From assembly GCA_043228905.1 (NCBI GenBank), contig JBHGNT010000018.1:1550001-1614000 (forward strand): a DNA stretch of 64,000 nt, written 5' to 3'. Source of the DNA: Azolla caroliniana (taxonomy: Eukaryota > Plantae > Polypodiophyta). Position 1 is the stretch's first letter. Each line of letters begins with the position of its first letter. The notes below the pieces were generated by a model. The model had not been told where the DNA came from. It was given only the letters and a program-made list of their open reading frames with translations, and made no database searches. This document shows positions 24,940-37,865 of the stretch, in pieces. The position numbers were made by a program, and so were the translations under genes.

Positions 24940-26860
24940 TCTATCTTTGAGACATTATCCTGATGCTCATCATGGTCATTATACATGCATGTTCATCAAG
25001 GCCATAATCCTAATGCTTTTACATGCATGTTGAGATGGTATGTTAATGACCAAATTATCAATGCTTGAATCATCATAAACTGAAAGAATTTTCTCAGTAC
25101 ATGAACCTTCATTGTTTGAGCATATTTCCTCACGACAAGCATTTCAACACACTCCGTATAAATATTGTACACATTTCTTAACAATAGACCACTCTTAGCT
25201 ACCAGTGAAATCAATATTGTTCTTTCCATTGCCACACTTATATTGCATCTAGGCCCTCATCATGATCATTTTCCTATTGTGTTTGTATGTGTCTTGTATA
25301 GCAATGACCAATTCATGAATGTTGGTCAGATCCAGCTGCATTGACAGGTCCCTTGACCTAATAGATCTCAATGTGCTCATGGCAAGAGGTATCAGTAAGA
25401 TAATGTTGATTGCATCTAATCCCTCATTAAGGTTATTATTCTAATTCTTTTAGATGCATTTTGTATGACTAATTGACTATTGTCTAAAACTTCAGATATC
25501 ATTGGGCATCGATATGGAACAAGGTTCCTGACCACAAGGATCTCAAGGTACTCATACCAAGAGATATCAGTAAGGTCAATGTTGGTATTTCCATCACCAC
25601 AATTAGATTGTATGTAAAACCTTGTCGATATTATTATCCTAATGATTTTACATACAACTTGAAATGATATGCAATGACCAACTCATGATTGAGTGAATCT
25701 TCAGATACGAAATATTATCCTTCAGTAAATGCATCTTCGGATATCAAGCATATTACCTCAGTAGATGCACCTTCAGTAACATCTGGGCAACGATATCAGA
25801 CACATTTTTGGACAAAATGGATCTCAACATATTCAAGCCTAGATACATAGGTGAAATTAGTTATTGTTCTTCCATTTCCATGGTTAGATTGAATTAAAAA
25901 CGTCTTAGACATATTTGATAACACTTGAGCCCTTTACATACAGAAAAATCACTCAAAATGCCGTCAAGTCTATCATTGTAATGCATTTATATGCCTCCTG
26001 GGATGGTATGGAAACAATCAATCAGTGAATGCATCATCTTCATTTACTGACCATATTCCCTTACTACATGCATCTTCACCCACTTGGGGACTCCACAGTG
26101 AAATTGAGTGAATTCTGTGACCTTTGGATCCTGAGGCACTCTGGCCTTTAAATATCAGTGTTCTTCCCGTTTCCATGGTTAGATTGCATTTTTTAACCTC
26201 ATCAAATTCATTACCCCAATTCTTTTCACATGCATCTTTATATGATTATTGGGAAGGCCAATCCATGAAGACCTCATCTTCATATAGTTAGCATAATCTC
26301 TCACACATGCACCATGACTATCAGTGTTCTTCCCGTTTCCACGGTTATGTTACATGTAAAACCTCACCAAATCCATTATCCTAATGCTTTTCGACCGCAT
26401 CTTTAAATGGTTATTGGGTAGAGCAATCCATGAAGACCTCGTCTTCATATATCTCATACATGCACCTTCAGAAAGTACTCAAACCTATAGATATCAGTGA
26501 GATCAATGCTGTTCTTTGCATAATCCACAGTTATATTGCATCAAAGAGCGCATTGAACCCATAAAATGTTATAGCACTGAACGATTCATGAATCCTTCAT
26601 CTTCACATAATGGGCATATTTACTTTAATATACAAACATTCATGAATCTTTTCATCTTCCTTTTCGGAATGTATTCGAGCTTATGCATTTTAGTGAGATC
26701 AAAGCTTTTTCTTTCAATTCACATAGTTTGATTGCATCTAAACCCTCATCATTGTGAGCATATTATCTCAATACATGAGCAAGGTCTATAGATGTCAGTT
26801 AGATCAGCAGTGTTATTTCCGTATATCCATACACATAGATCGCTCATAAAAACCCTCTTT
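24940..26860. repeat. Highly degenerate tandem array, ~170-200-bp unit, ~9-10 copies
   Basis: Anchor atcagt(gagatcaat..)gttcttycc...ttagattgcat..aaccctcatc...ttatcctaatgc recurs at ~25200, 25390, 25563, 25845, 26152, 26318, 26491, 26690 and 26791. Confidence 0.7.
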
Positions 26861-26949
26861 AGGAACGTTCATCGCATCCCCTTGCTTCAAGATTAGACAT
26901 AATAATGTGCAAATGTAAAGAGGAAATAAAGAACATTTCTAAACGACAG

Positions 26950-27309
26950 GAATTACATGAGAGAGAAATATGAAAGTAAATACCAGGGGGGAAAAGAGAG
27001 AGATAAGATCCTGTTGGGGATGAAGATCAGCAAATGAGATGGTTGGCAACTCTTCCAAACAGAAAAACCTGAAAAAACAAAAAGAAAGAGATGGAAAGGG
27101 GGGTTGAAACAGGGGATTGTAAAAAAACAGAGAGATTTAGGGAAAGCAGAGGAGGTGGAGGACAGACCAAAACAGAGATATTTACTGATCAAGAAGAAGA
27201 AGAAGAAGAATGGAGGGAAATGAGAAGTGGAATGAAGCTGATATTACTACAAAAGAAAAACAGTTCAATTTTAAAAAGAAAACAAAAAACAAAATCAGGA
27301 AGAATCTGT

Positions 27310-27356
<47 letters not shown>

Positions 27357-27640
27357 AAGATTTTTTTTTTTTCTTCCTCTTTTTACTCCTCCTTCTTCTG
27401 ATTTTCTCCTCCTCTTTCCTCTCTTCCTTTTTCTTCTCCCTTCTTTTTTGTTCCTCCATTTTCTCTCCCCTTTTTTTAACTGAGTTTTTTTTATGATCTT
27501 TCTCTCTTTTCTTTTCTTTTCTTTTCTTTTCTTTTCTTTTCTTTTCTTTTTTTGATTGTGTGCTTTGCCTTCCCCTGTTTTCTTAGTTTTTGTTTTCCTC
27601 TGTTTTTTTTTTGTGGGGAAGGGGGGGGGGGGGGGTGCAT
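26950..27640 (-). promoter_or_regulatory. Putative GWD promoter and non-coding first exon, with (CT)n, (CTTTT)n and G-run microsatellites
   Basis: Pyrimidine-rich on the - strand, as in plant 5' leaders; candidate donors near 26955 and 26983; acceptor tgcag at ~22860 just before the GWD ATG. Inferred. Confidence 0.45.
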
Positions 27641-29260
27641 CCCAGATATTTTGCATAGCTCATTAGAGTCTACTTTAGAACTGAGTTTTGAGTGTATATG
27701 TGCCACATGCATGTTATCTCTATATCCTCTGGCATCCACCCGTTCCGCCTCACCTGCCTGCCTGTCTGCCTCGCCCATCCCAGTAGCCTCATGTCACCCA
27801 AATCATCGCCTCGCCCAGAGCCTCCCTAAAGAGAGACTCCCTGCAATTGTTTGTTTGCTTGTGTGATGCACGCTCTCATGGTAAATGCATGCCCCCCGTT
27901 TCAGCTCTCGAATCATGTCTCCGTTCACACACAATGCCTGTTCAATCACCTCACGTCCCCTGAATCCGTGTCGTGCACAAGAAATTTCGTGTTGCTAATA
28001 AGCTTTTCCGGTCACGCATCGATTGATTGTTCATATGAGGCCCTTTGGTTCATTGTGGTTTCCTAACTTGTGCCCCACCCCAACCATGTTTTGTATGTCG
28101 ACCTCTTGGAGATGTCACGAGCTATAAGAGACAATCAGGTCATGCACAACCACCCAAACCAATGTTTCGCTTCTAAGAAGATGTTATGGAAATATCATGT
28201 ACATGCACACATTGATACCAAATATAATCAAAGACTATGAGTGCTGGAAAAACACCAATCTAGGTGGTTCTCGTCTTGGAATGGATAGACAAGCCAAAAC
28301 CAAAAGGATGGAGGAGGCATTGTCCAAAAACAAGAAATATCAATTAAGTGATAATGATTCATTAAGAAATTGTAGGGCTATCCAAAATGTATGCCTAATG
28401 GAACTATCTATAACTTAGTTGTAGTTATGTGTACACGTAGTTATGTATACACAACCCTTTAGTTAAGCATGTTTGGTGTTCGTGCAATTACGCCTCGTGA
28501 GGTTGCTCGACTTTTGTGTTGTGACAAGGGGGAATCTATAAAGGGAATACATTTGTGGACCCCTTTCATCAAGAAATCTAGTCTTAAACTCCACAACAGA
28601 TATTTTTTGAACCTCATCAAACATTTCTCTTCTTCTACAGAAACTATTGTGAGATGATATTATAAACAAGTCAATGAGCTTGATTTCAAAACGCAACTAC
28701 TTCCTAAATTCATATGTTGCACCTAGCTCTTCACAAATTGCCAACAAAGTAGTCACACATTTGTAATTGCTTGAAACAATATTGTTTCATACATTGATTT
28801 GACTATCATTTGAGCAAAAATTCTTAATTGCAATCACATTCAAAGTCTCGACAGCAAGCTTTTAACAAATAAGTAATGGAAAAAAACCAAACAAATGAAA
28901 TATTGCCACGAGGAACATTAAGGTATGTATATCAAGTGACTTAGCTTGACATGTATCGGGTAGATGTCTTATCAATCAATAACTTTACAAGTAGACACGT
29001 ATTTTATTGATCAGAAAACAAACACACATTGTCCTCCCCCTCTCTCTTATCATTCAACCTTGCATATTAAACACGTCGATATGATACTTTGTTTTCTAGC
29101 TAAGATTCTTAGGATTCCCTATACCTCGAAATTCCATAGCTCTCCTATTCCTCTCAAGGATTCGTATCCACACAAAATAATGATTGATTATAGAATTCTC
29201 TCAATCCATTACCACACTTCTAAACTCAATAATAATCTCTCTCTCTCTCTCTCTCTCTCT

Positions 29261-29365
29261 GCTTCAATGTATGAATAACCCTTTTTAGGAAGGAGACACA
29301 TATCAAGTAGACATGTATATTGTGGTCCCATAGGTCAAAACTGGTCTCCTTATGGACAATAAAAA
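29261..29365 (-). mobile_element. Dispersed repeat family A, partial inverted copy
   Basis: gcttcaatgtatgaata.ccctt.ttaggaaggagacacatatcaag...ggtcccataggtcaaaa is the reverse complement of ~63020-63112. Confidence 0.75.
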
Positions 29366-30136
29366 AAACCCTAAATTCTAAATTCTAAATTCTCTCTCTC
29401 TCTCTCTCTCTCCATATATTCATTATCTTCTTTATGATATTTTCAAGGAGGAAATACAATCCTTATAATTTTGAAAAGAAAATGAGATAAGATCGTAAGA
29501 AGCACATGTGTGCATATGTAGTGACATCATAACTAAGATATTCATAAATTAACATTGACCATTCCACGTTGCCACCATTTAACCAACCTTTCAATAATAC
29601 CATGGTAAAGTGTTGTAATAATATGTTGTTGAAGTGAGTAATGACTTGGGGGGTATGTACGACACGCGTGTAGAACATGCTAATTTATAGATTGTTGGAT
29701 ATGTACACCTAATGGTAAAAAAGGTCACCACCTTGTACAAGAGCGCACATCATGACCATTTGCATGAGAATATATACCCTCACTTAAGCCTAAAAGCTAC
29801 TACAATAAAAAAATCAATGTATAATTCATGCCTCTTAGGGATAGTCTTCAGCTACCCCAAAAACGTTTGGCTACATTCACACAACCAAATTAGCCAACGC
29901 GGCAAAAAGTACCATTTGTTATAGTTGTGTGAGGGTACACTAATGAAAACTAGATCAATAAAATAAAATAGTGATGATTGAAGCTTGATAATTAGTCAAA
30001 CGCATCAGTAGTCCAACATAAACCTATATGTACTCTTGAACATTAGTTAACATTGCTTCATAAAGGGGCCTTGTGCAATAGGCACCAAACAACGAGTTTC
30101 ATCAACCAATGAATTCATTATACATGTGTGCATACG

Positions 30137-30307
30137 TAACCTATATAATTATACCCTTAAGCATATGATTAACATTAATCAATGTATAAAGTGATGAAGA
30201 GCATTCATAACCTATATACTTATACCCTTAAGTATATGATTAACATTAATCAATGTATAAAGTGATGAAGAGCATTCATAACCTATATACTTATACCCTT
30301 AAGTATA
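30137..30307. repeat. 71-bp tandem repeat, ~2.4 near-identical copies
   Basis: taacctatata.ttatacccttaag.atatgattaacattaatcaatgtataaagtgatgaagagcattca starts at 30137, 30208 and 30279. Confidence 0.9.
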
Positions 30308-33300
30308 TTACTAACACTAATTAAGTTTAAACTTTTAAAGACATAAACAATGTAGAGGAAAATAAGAACCACATAACAATGGTTCCATAAACTATTTTAT
30401 GTACAATGTTGAAAATCGTGTAATGAATGTAATCATATTGAAGAATATGCATTGTAGCCCTTGCAAATTCAATATATGTGTACAATGTGGTTTCCAAGCT
30501 CTATGAATGAACACATAAACATGAATAAATAGTAAAGCCTTTTCATACACATACCAATGTATGATGGAAGGAAAACATTTTAAGTGTTTGCTTACAATAC
30601 TAGAATTAGAAGAAAAAAAACATTTGTGATATTCATATAACTAAAAAAAAGTTCCACTTGAGACCATGTATAACCTAGCCAGTGTGGCATGAACATAGTA
30701 TGCAATTTTGATGTATCTCCAACTTTTCATGTCCAAGGGTTAAAAATGATAGCAATGCAACAACACTCGCCATTAACTTAAAAGTTAAAACCATGCAGGT
30801 GAAAGCAAGTAGTCTATAGTATATACATTAAAAATCTTGGAATAAATATGTCTTAAATGTGAAGTTATATTTAGAAATGGGTGTAAATTGTATCAATTTG
30901 TAGTAGATGAAGTCATCCTAACTCCTCATATTATATGCTTCCAATGAAGTATCCAAAGAAGACTCATTTTCTATTTTGTCTATTGAGCCAATAAATTGAA
31001 CAATATCCACTAATACAAACCTAGCTCTACCTTGAAAATATGCATGCAATCATGATAAAATGAATTATGTATTTCATTTAGATAAGGGCAATGAATACAT
31101 TCATCCACATGTAAAGCTGTCCTATTTTCTATCCTACCAATCAATATATGCTAACTCTTGCCCATTGCATGCATGTTCCAAATACATGGTAGGTTGACCC
31201 ATTAACGACAATTATAAACATCCTAATCTTTTGACTTTTGTAACGATAGAGATCATATAGTTGAGCTCCCGAGTTCCCAATACAAGTGTGTCGTCTCAAT
31301 GAAACTTTCACCAATCAAAACAAGAAGAAAGGACAGAATCACAAAAGGCCATTTGGGTCAGCAAACGTGTGATGCATTTGTTTATAATGATAATGTATGA
31401 TAACAAGTAGCGTAAAACAAAATTGTAACCTTCATCGTCCTTTCTTATGTCCCCCAATTTTCACATTTAAGTTACATTGAAAAACCGCCCTGCCAGTGAA
31501 GTCCTCAAGTTTTGAAAATCTTTGAGTAACATAAATATTTTATCATTATCCAAAAGATCAAATTGTAAATGTAAATATTGAATAGGAAAATATACTCAAG
31601 CCCCCAAATGGATTAGAGTAATAAACCACAATTTGTAGGTTCAATGAAAATAAACTCCTACTTCATTATAAGGATGGTAACTAATCAAAGATTTTCTCTA
31701 AAAAATGCAACAAACATTTGCCACTTATTATCAAATTTACAAAAATTTCAGACAATTGATCACATTTGTCATTCAAATGCCTCACTTAATATTCCTTCAT
31801 CACATAATCATAAACATAACATATGGAGACTATTAGCATAATCTGGAAATGCGAAGAACTTCCTCACTTTTACTGAATACTTAAGAGCAATGGTAAATTC
31901 TTAATAGCTGTAAAACATGATAAATTGTCTTAGAAATGCATTGTCACATGAATTCTGACACATACAAACTGGAATTTGGTAATTGCCAATTTTTATTTGG
32001 GGGTAGGTAACGCAGTAAGTACCTTGCTCATCATGCATGACTACCAATTCACAGAATTTTATGACATAATAATAGGATTACAAAGAATTATCAAGAACAC
32101 CAGCCTAAATTACATGAAATTCAAAAAATCTAAAATTAGGTCTCTGATATAAATTTGAATCTCATCCTTTTGATAGCACACATGAACCAGAATAACCTTG
32201 ATGCCAAACCACGAGGACAAAAGACAACTCTAACCAAAGAGACAATGACACCATTCATGTTATACGGCAAAATATAGAATAGAGCATTCATGGTGACACC
32301 TAAAGTTAGTGGTAAATAATGATCATGTGCAAGTGCCATTCCTATACAAAGGAACCCGAGATATGAGAACACACATTAAGATTAAATTGATACTGTAAAC
32401 TTGAGGTGAGAATTATTTCATTGAATACACCCAGAAATAATTGGTTCCGAAGCGTTCCATTTGAATCAGATCACATTTTTGTGATATTATGATCTCACTC
32501 TTCTGGCTATTTGGTATATTCAAAGAAAAGGAAACAACATGCAAATAATTAAGATTGCCAGTTGAGTGTCACTACATCACAACTAAAATTACAAAGGAAA
32601 AGCAAGCCATATTGCTTCATAGGAAATCTCTAAGGTATTTTTTTAGCTCACTATCTCTTTTCAAAACCAAGAATGATGAATGTTATTGTGGTCCCTATAA
32701 TTTTCATTCTTCAGCAGACAATGTCACACTAATACTAGTGTTTTTGTTGGATCATATGAGTTGGCAAAGTACATCTCTCCAAGTGAACTTGCAACCAATC
32801 CAGAGATTCATGTTCCTGATCCCTCCACCAATCAACAATAGGAGGCAAACTATATCCTTATTTCCTTGTCGACATGTGGAACTGAAGGTTTGTTATGCAT
32901 CATCTGTTAGAACATGAAAGATTGCTGCTTTATAACAACTATAGGAGTTATTCTAAAGGCCTCACAATGTAGAGAAAAACAGCTCACAGACATTGGGGTA
33001 TGTGAACATAGTATAGATGTGGGTGTGCACATATGTAGTCATTGACGAAAAGCAATTGCACAGATGAGATTGTGGGCTTCTGCACAGAACAGAATCTTGG
33101 AACGAACTGTCCCATGGTCAACTTATATCTGATCCATATTACACATTCAGGATTCCACGCAATCATTTGTCACACATTTGCTATGTTTAACATGATGTGG
33201 TAGAGCATATATATGCCCTCTTCTTTGAACGTTTCTAGTCTTAAGAGAGAGAAGACAAGTATATTGTTCAATACCTTGTCAAGGTATAGCACATGCACAA

Positions 33301-35165
33301 GAATGCAAAGATAGAGAAAAAAAACTCAAATGTAGATATAAAGTAGCTTAACACAGTGAATACCTTGTCAAGGCAAACACATGGTTCTAGGATGCCCACA
33401 TTGTCCACAGCCCAAAATGTGAAAGCAATGGCTCTATCGACCGATGAGCCATATCCATGTAACCAAACATGGAAACATTATTGTGTAAGTAACGCTTTTC
33501 AACTTGTTATAAGGTGTAAGTTTGTGGGTAATTCTATACCCAATGAATGATAACTTTATCAACATGTCCACATCTCCTAGGAGCAAGTGAAAAGTCTTTG
33601 AGATCCAAAGGGTAAAGAAATATTTTCCATATTGTTAATGTTTCTGTGCCATTATTGCAATGGTTCAACCATACCCCACCCATATTTGGTGTATTTTGTT
33701 TATCAATATAATAAGGTCAAGCAAAGAATTAAGATGAGAGTCCTCCATGCAACTTGAATTGAAACATAGTCACATGAACCAAGAAAAAAAGCACAAAAAA
33801 AGAAAAAGAAAAATACAAAAAGCTTCTGAAGATAACTAAGAAAGATGGTACAAAGGTTCAACAGGGTTCGGTACTCCAACTCATAGGCAGGAGGCATATT
33901 TAAGCAAGATGTTGAAGTTGGTAATGATCTCAATTGAGATTCTAGTACCCATGAAGTTAGAACATTCTATGGCAAAATGGGAAGCATATTCACATCGAAC
34001 AGTAAAGAGTTCCACTTGGTGGTGTGCGAAGTGAGAGAGCATGGCTAGTGAGTAAAATCCAAAACTTTAGCCCCTAACGATATAATTAGTGTTGTTTTTG
34101 TATTATGTTTCTGCAGGGTCAAACCTCTCTGACAGTTGGTCAGGTGGTTTAGACCATTGCACTGATGTCATAAATTTAAGAGAAACCAAGTTTGATCCTC
34201 ACCATGTGTTCAACCTGTTCAATAGATCGAATGGATTGGCCCTGGATGTTAATAGTATATCTATTTATCTATCTTGCAATATCATGAAGTAGCAATGTCT
34301 CCATTAATAGTGCTTTCCACCCTTTTGTTCATATTATTGATGATTTCAACCATGTCCATTTCCAAATGAAAACTAAATTTCATCTGCTATGTTTCTTCAT
34401 AGCATTGACAGTGTTCGTTAAGGCGTTGCATGACGCATAGTTGATTTTATTGTACTGGTTCTTATTTGCAGTTTGTTTCCTTGACAGAACTTCCAAATGC
34501 ACTCACCTTTCAACTAGAAGTTGCAACATGGAGGTAAAGCAGGAATATTTGAAAAAGACGCATTATGACATATTGATGCAAGTGTATATACTGCATCTTT
34601 GCACCTTAATGTTTGCCCTTGCGAATAAGCATATGCTATCTGGGACAAGTCCCCATATTTGGCAAGTTAAACCAAATTATCAGAAATTGGGAAGGTTGAG
34701 ATTATCGAGTCAAGACAGGTGGTTTCGATGTTACTTGGCGATTCTAGAGTGCATGCCACAACAATATCAACAATACAAATGCATATACTGCCAAGATTGT
34801 GATTTTTTGTCGGTTTAAAAAGCTGAAGTCTTGTGAATTATAAGTATTATTTGAGAAATTTTGATAGAGCAGCTTCATTAATAAAAGCAGAAAACATGTC
34901 GCAACAAAGAGTAATAACAACTTTTTAGAATTTGGTGACAGTCATGAAATTCCATACTTTCAAGAAAAAATTTCATGCTAACCATCAAACAACATTAATA
35001 ACACTGAAAAGCAGTGGTGGTTTGCAATTACTAACCTTGTTCCAATCACGAAAATATACACATTAGGATTACATATGCCGGGCTCCATCTAGTCATAAAA
35101 CCATTTCCTGTCAAGGTGGGAAAATTGACTGGCTATCTAACAATTTTTTGCAAGACATTCGAAAC

Positions 35166-37307
35166 TCAATTCGGTAACCTTGGCCTCAAACTAGCACTGC
35201 GAGAAAGTTTCAAAGTTTCCTCCAAGTTGTAAGATTTCCTACATCCAGGGCATCGAGCATCGTTGATGATAATCTTATGATGACAAAAGAGGCAGAGTCG
35301 AAAGCCACAAGGGCAAGGAAGAAAGGATGAATCTGTAGTATCTAATTCTTCGGTGCATATTGGACAATGTGAAGGTGCTGGAGGAATCCCCCAAATGCTC
35401 CCTCTCGAGTTTCCCCATACTGTACTTCCGGATTGCATTGGAAAGCTATTTTGTTTCTTCAAGCAAGGAAGTGTCAATGGTCGAGACATATCATCAGGTC
35501 TCCATGCTCTGGATGCATCTGCTCTCATCCTATACCCAGAATTTTCTGGCCTGAACTTTCCCTGAGGTTTTAGCACACATTTCTCCATATCATTCCTCCA
35601 TAGTTCAGTGCTTCTTTCATCTATTTGATTGTTTTCTGGAGGATTTCCATCAGGGTTGTTATTTTCTTGAAGAGCTTCCTGAATATTTAAGGCATCTGCT
35701 ACAGTTTCCCAATCCTCCACCGCATCATCATCATCATTACCATGACCGTCTTCTTCTTCATCACTATCACTACAACTACTTCCATGGCTACTGGTGGATC
35801 TACATGTGCTCGTCTCGTTGCTCAACCAAGAAGGTGCTGAACCTGGACCATCTAATACTGCAATGTTGCTTTGGAATTTTCGATCATTCATGCATACACC
35901 AGATTCAATGGAAGAATAAGAGTTTTGCCGAAGAGGCATCGAGTCATCCCCGTTTGTGTCATGGGAAGGTAAACTTAGATGATGATTGACAGAGGAATCT
36001 GATACGTGCACCACATTGGGGTGCATTTTCCTGTTTAGACCATCAATGAAATTCTTTGAACTAGAGATGTTTACATCTGGTATGTCTTCTTTGTCATCAG
36101 TATGACTTATGATTGCCATGTGAGTATAATCTTCTGAAGATTGTGACAGGGAAACATCTTTATTCTCATTGGCATTTCTTCCAATGGAGATATAAAAGGC
36201 ATCATGTGAGTATTGGGATAGGGCATCCTTTCTGTTGTCATTGGTATCATTTCCTGCCATGTGGAAGATATTTTGCAAAGATTGTGATAGGGCAACACCT
36301 TCACTCTTCTCATTATCATTGATGTGAATGGAATCTTGTGAAGATTGTGATAGAGCAGCATCTTTGTTCATCTCATCATCATTGAAGTAAATGGAATCTT
36401 GTGAAGGTTGGGAAAGGGCATCTTCCTTGTTCTCCTCAGCATCATTTTCACCAGCCATATTATAAATGGCATTTTGTAAAGATTTTGATTCCACCTCTTT
36501 GTTAATCTCATCGATATCGCTTCCATCCATGTGAATCCCATCTTGTAAAGATTGTGATAGTGCAGCATCATTCTTCTCATCGGCACTGCTCACACCCATG
36601 TGAATGACGTCTTGCAATGATTTGGATAGGGAAACCTCTTTGTTCTCCTTACAGGAACCAAGAGCTGATGTACAACATCCAAGTTGGTTGGCGTTTATAG
36701 ACACTATCAGATAGTAAACTAATGTAACCAAATTTCCATGACATCAAAACTAGTGTAACTAACCCATTCCCTATTGCACCAAACTAATATAACCGAATTC
36801 AAGCTTGCATCAAATTAACATCACCCAATTCTTTATTGCACCAACCTTATGTAAACGAATTCCATATTGAAACAAACAAACATAGCCCAATTCTCAATCA
36901 CATCAACATATGAAAATTTCAAATAAAGAAGGAGCTTCTGAGACTAACCTTGAGCCAGCCATTGTTCACGGCGAGCATCGAGTTTACACTGTTTCAACTT
37001 GGCAGCTCTATGGACCTGAAGAAATACAACAAATTCACATGAGCCCAATATATATGATAACTTAGGCCATGCAAAACCCTCTTTTTCTTTATATGCTTAA
37101 TAAATATATGATAGTGTTAACCATTTATCTTCATCACATTAGCTTCAATGGAATATTCCAGGACCTTTCGAACTAAAACAGAGTAAAGCAAGAAATAAAC
37201 AATTCATAGGCATGTATTGAATTCAAGCTTACCCTTTTCTTCTTTCTTGGTTCATTAGCGAGTGGAGAGGGTTGCTTTCCAGAAGGAGAGATGATGTGGG
37301 CATCCAT
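35166..37307 (-). CDS. NOT4-type (C4C4) RING finger protein, plant RING/U-box superfamily; exons ~37307-37233, 37015-36949, 36703-35166
   Basis: N-terminal RKKKR|VHRAAKLKQCKLDARREQWL; DDWE-like AVEDWETVADAL; RAWRPDDMSRP; C-terminal CPICTEELDTTDSSFLPCPCGFRLCLFCHHKI...RCPGCRK. Splice phases are consistent (0, 1). Confidence 0.9.
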
Positions 37308-37536
37308 CTGACACATGAAGAAGAAGAAGAAGAAGAAAATAGAATGACCAAAGAGGGCAAATCAATGGGGGGAGAGGGTAGAAGAAGGGGAAATGGGTAT
37401 GTAGTTCCCAGCAAGTAATAAGAAGAAGATAATAGAGATAGGTTGCAGACAGAGTATGGTCTATGGTGGAGTTCACTAGTCTTTTGTGTGTGTGTGTTGA
37501 AAGAGAGAGGATGGAGAGAAGGGTGTGCAGAGAGAT

Positions 37537-37865
37537 CCCCTGCCTCTCATATATAACTAACCTTAGGTCTGGTACCAAACCAAACCAAATCCAGATCATT
37601 CTGATGTTAATTGCTCTGTATATATATATGTTATGTATGTATCTAGGAGGTATCAAGACTCCCCCCCCTGCCTCTCATATATAACTAACCTTAGGTCTGG
37701 TACCATACCAAACCAAACCAAACCAAAGCCACCTCATTGTCATCAATGGTATTTGCCATGCATATCTATGAGGTGAGGTATATGCCATACTCTCGTTTGG
37801 GTTCGGGTTCGGGTTTAGGTTTAGGTTTTGGTTTTGGTTTAGGTTTTGGTTTTGGTTTGGGTTCA
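37537..37865. repeat. ~55-bp direct repeat (127-bp offset) plus (GGTTYH)n hexamer run upstream of the RING gene
   Basis: cccctgcctctcatatataactaaccttaggtctggtacca.accaaaccaaa at ~37537 and ~37664; gggttc/ggttta/ggtttt run at ~37797-37865. Confidence 0.8.

Noticed and set aside
27091-27866. Several 60-155-aa low-complexity ORFs (poly-K, ER, F)
   Set aside because: They are translations of (GA)n, (CTTTT)n and homopolymer microsatellites.
28197-28696. Short ORFs upstream of the GWD leader
   Set aside because: No recognisable homology or splice structure; probably TE debris.
34135-34205. Weak tRNA/SINE-like A and B boxes
   Set aside because: Too degenerate to distinguish from chance.
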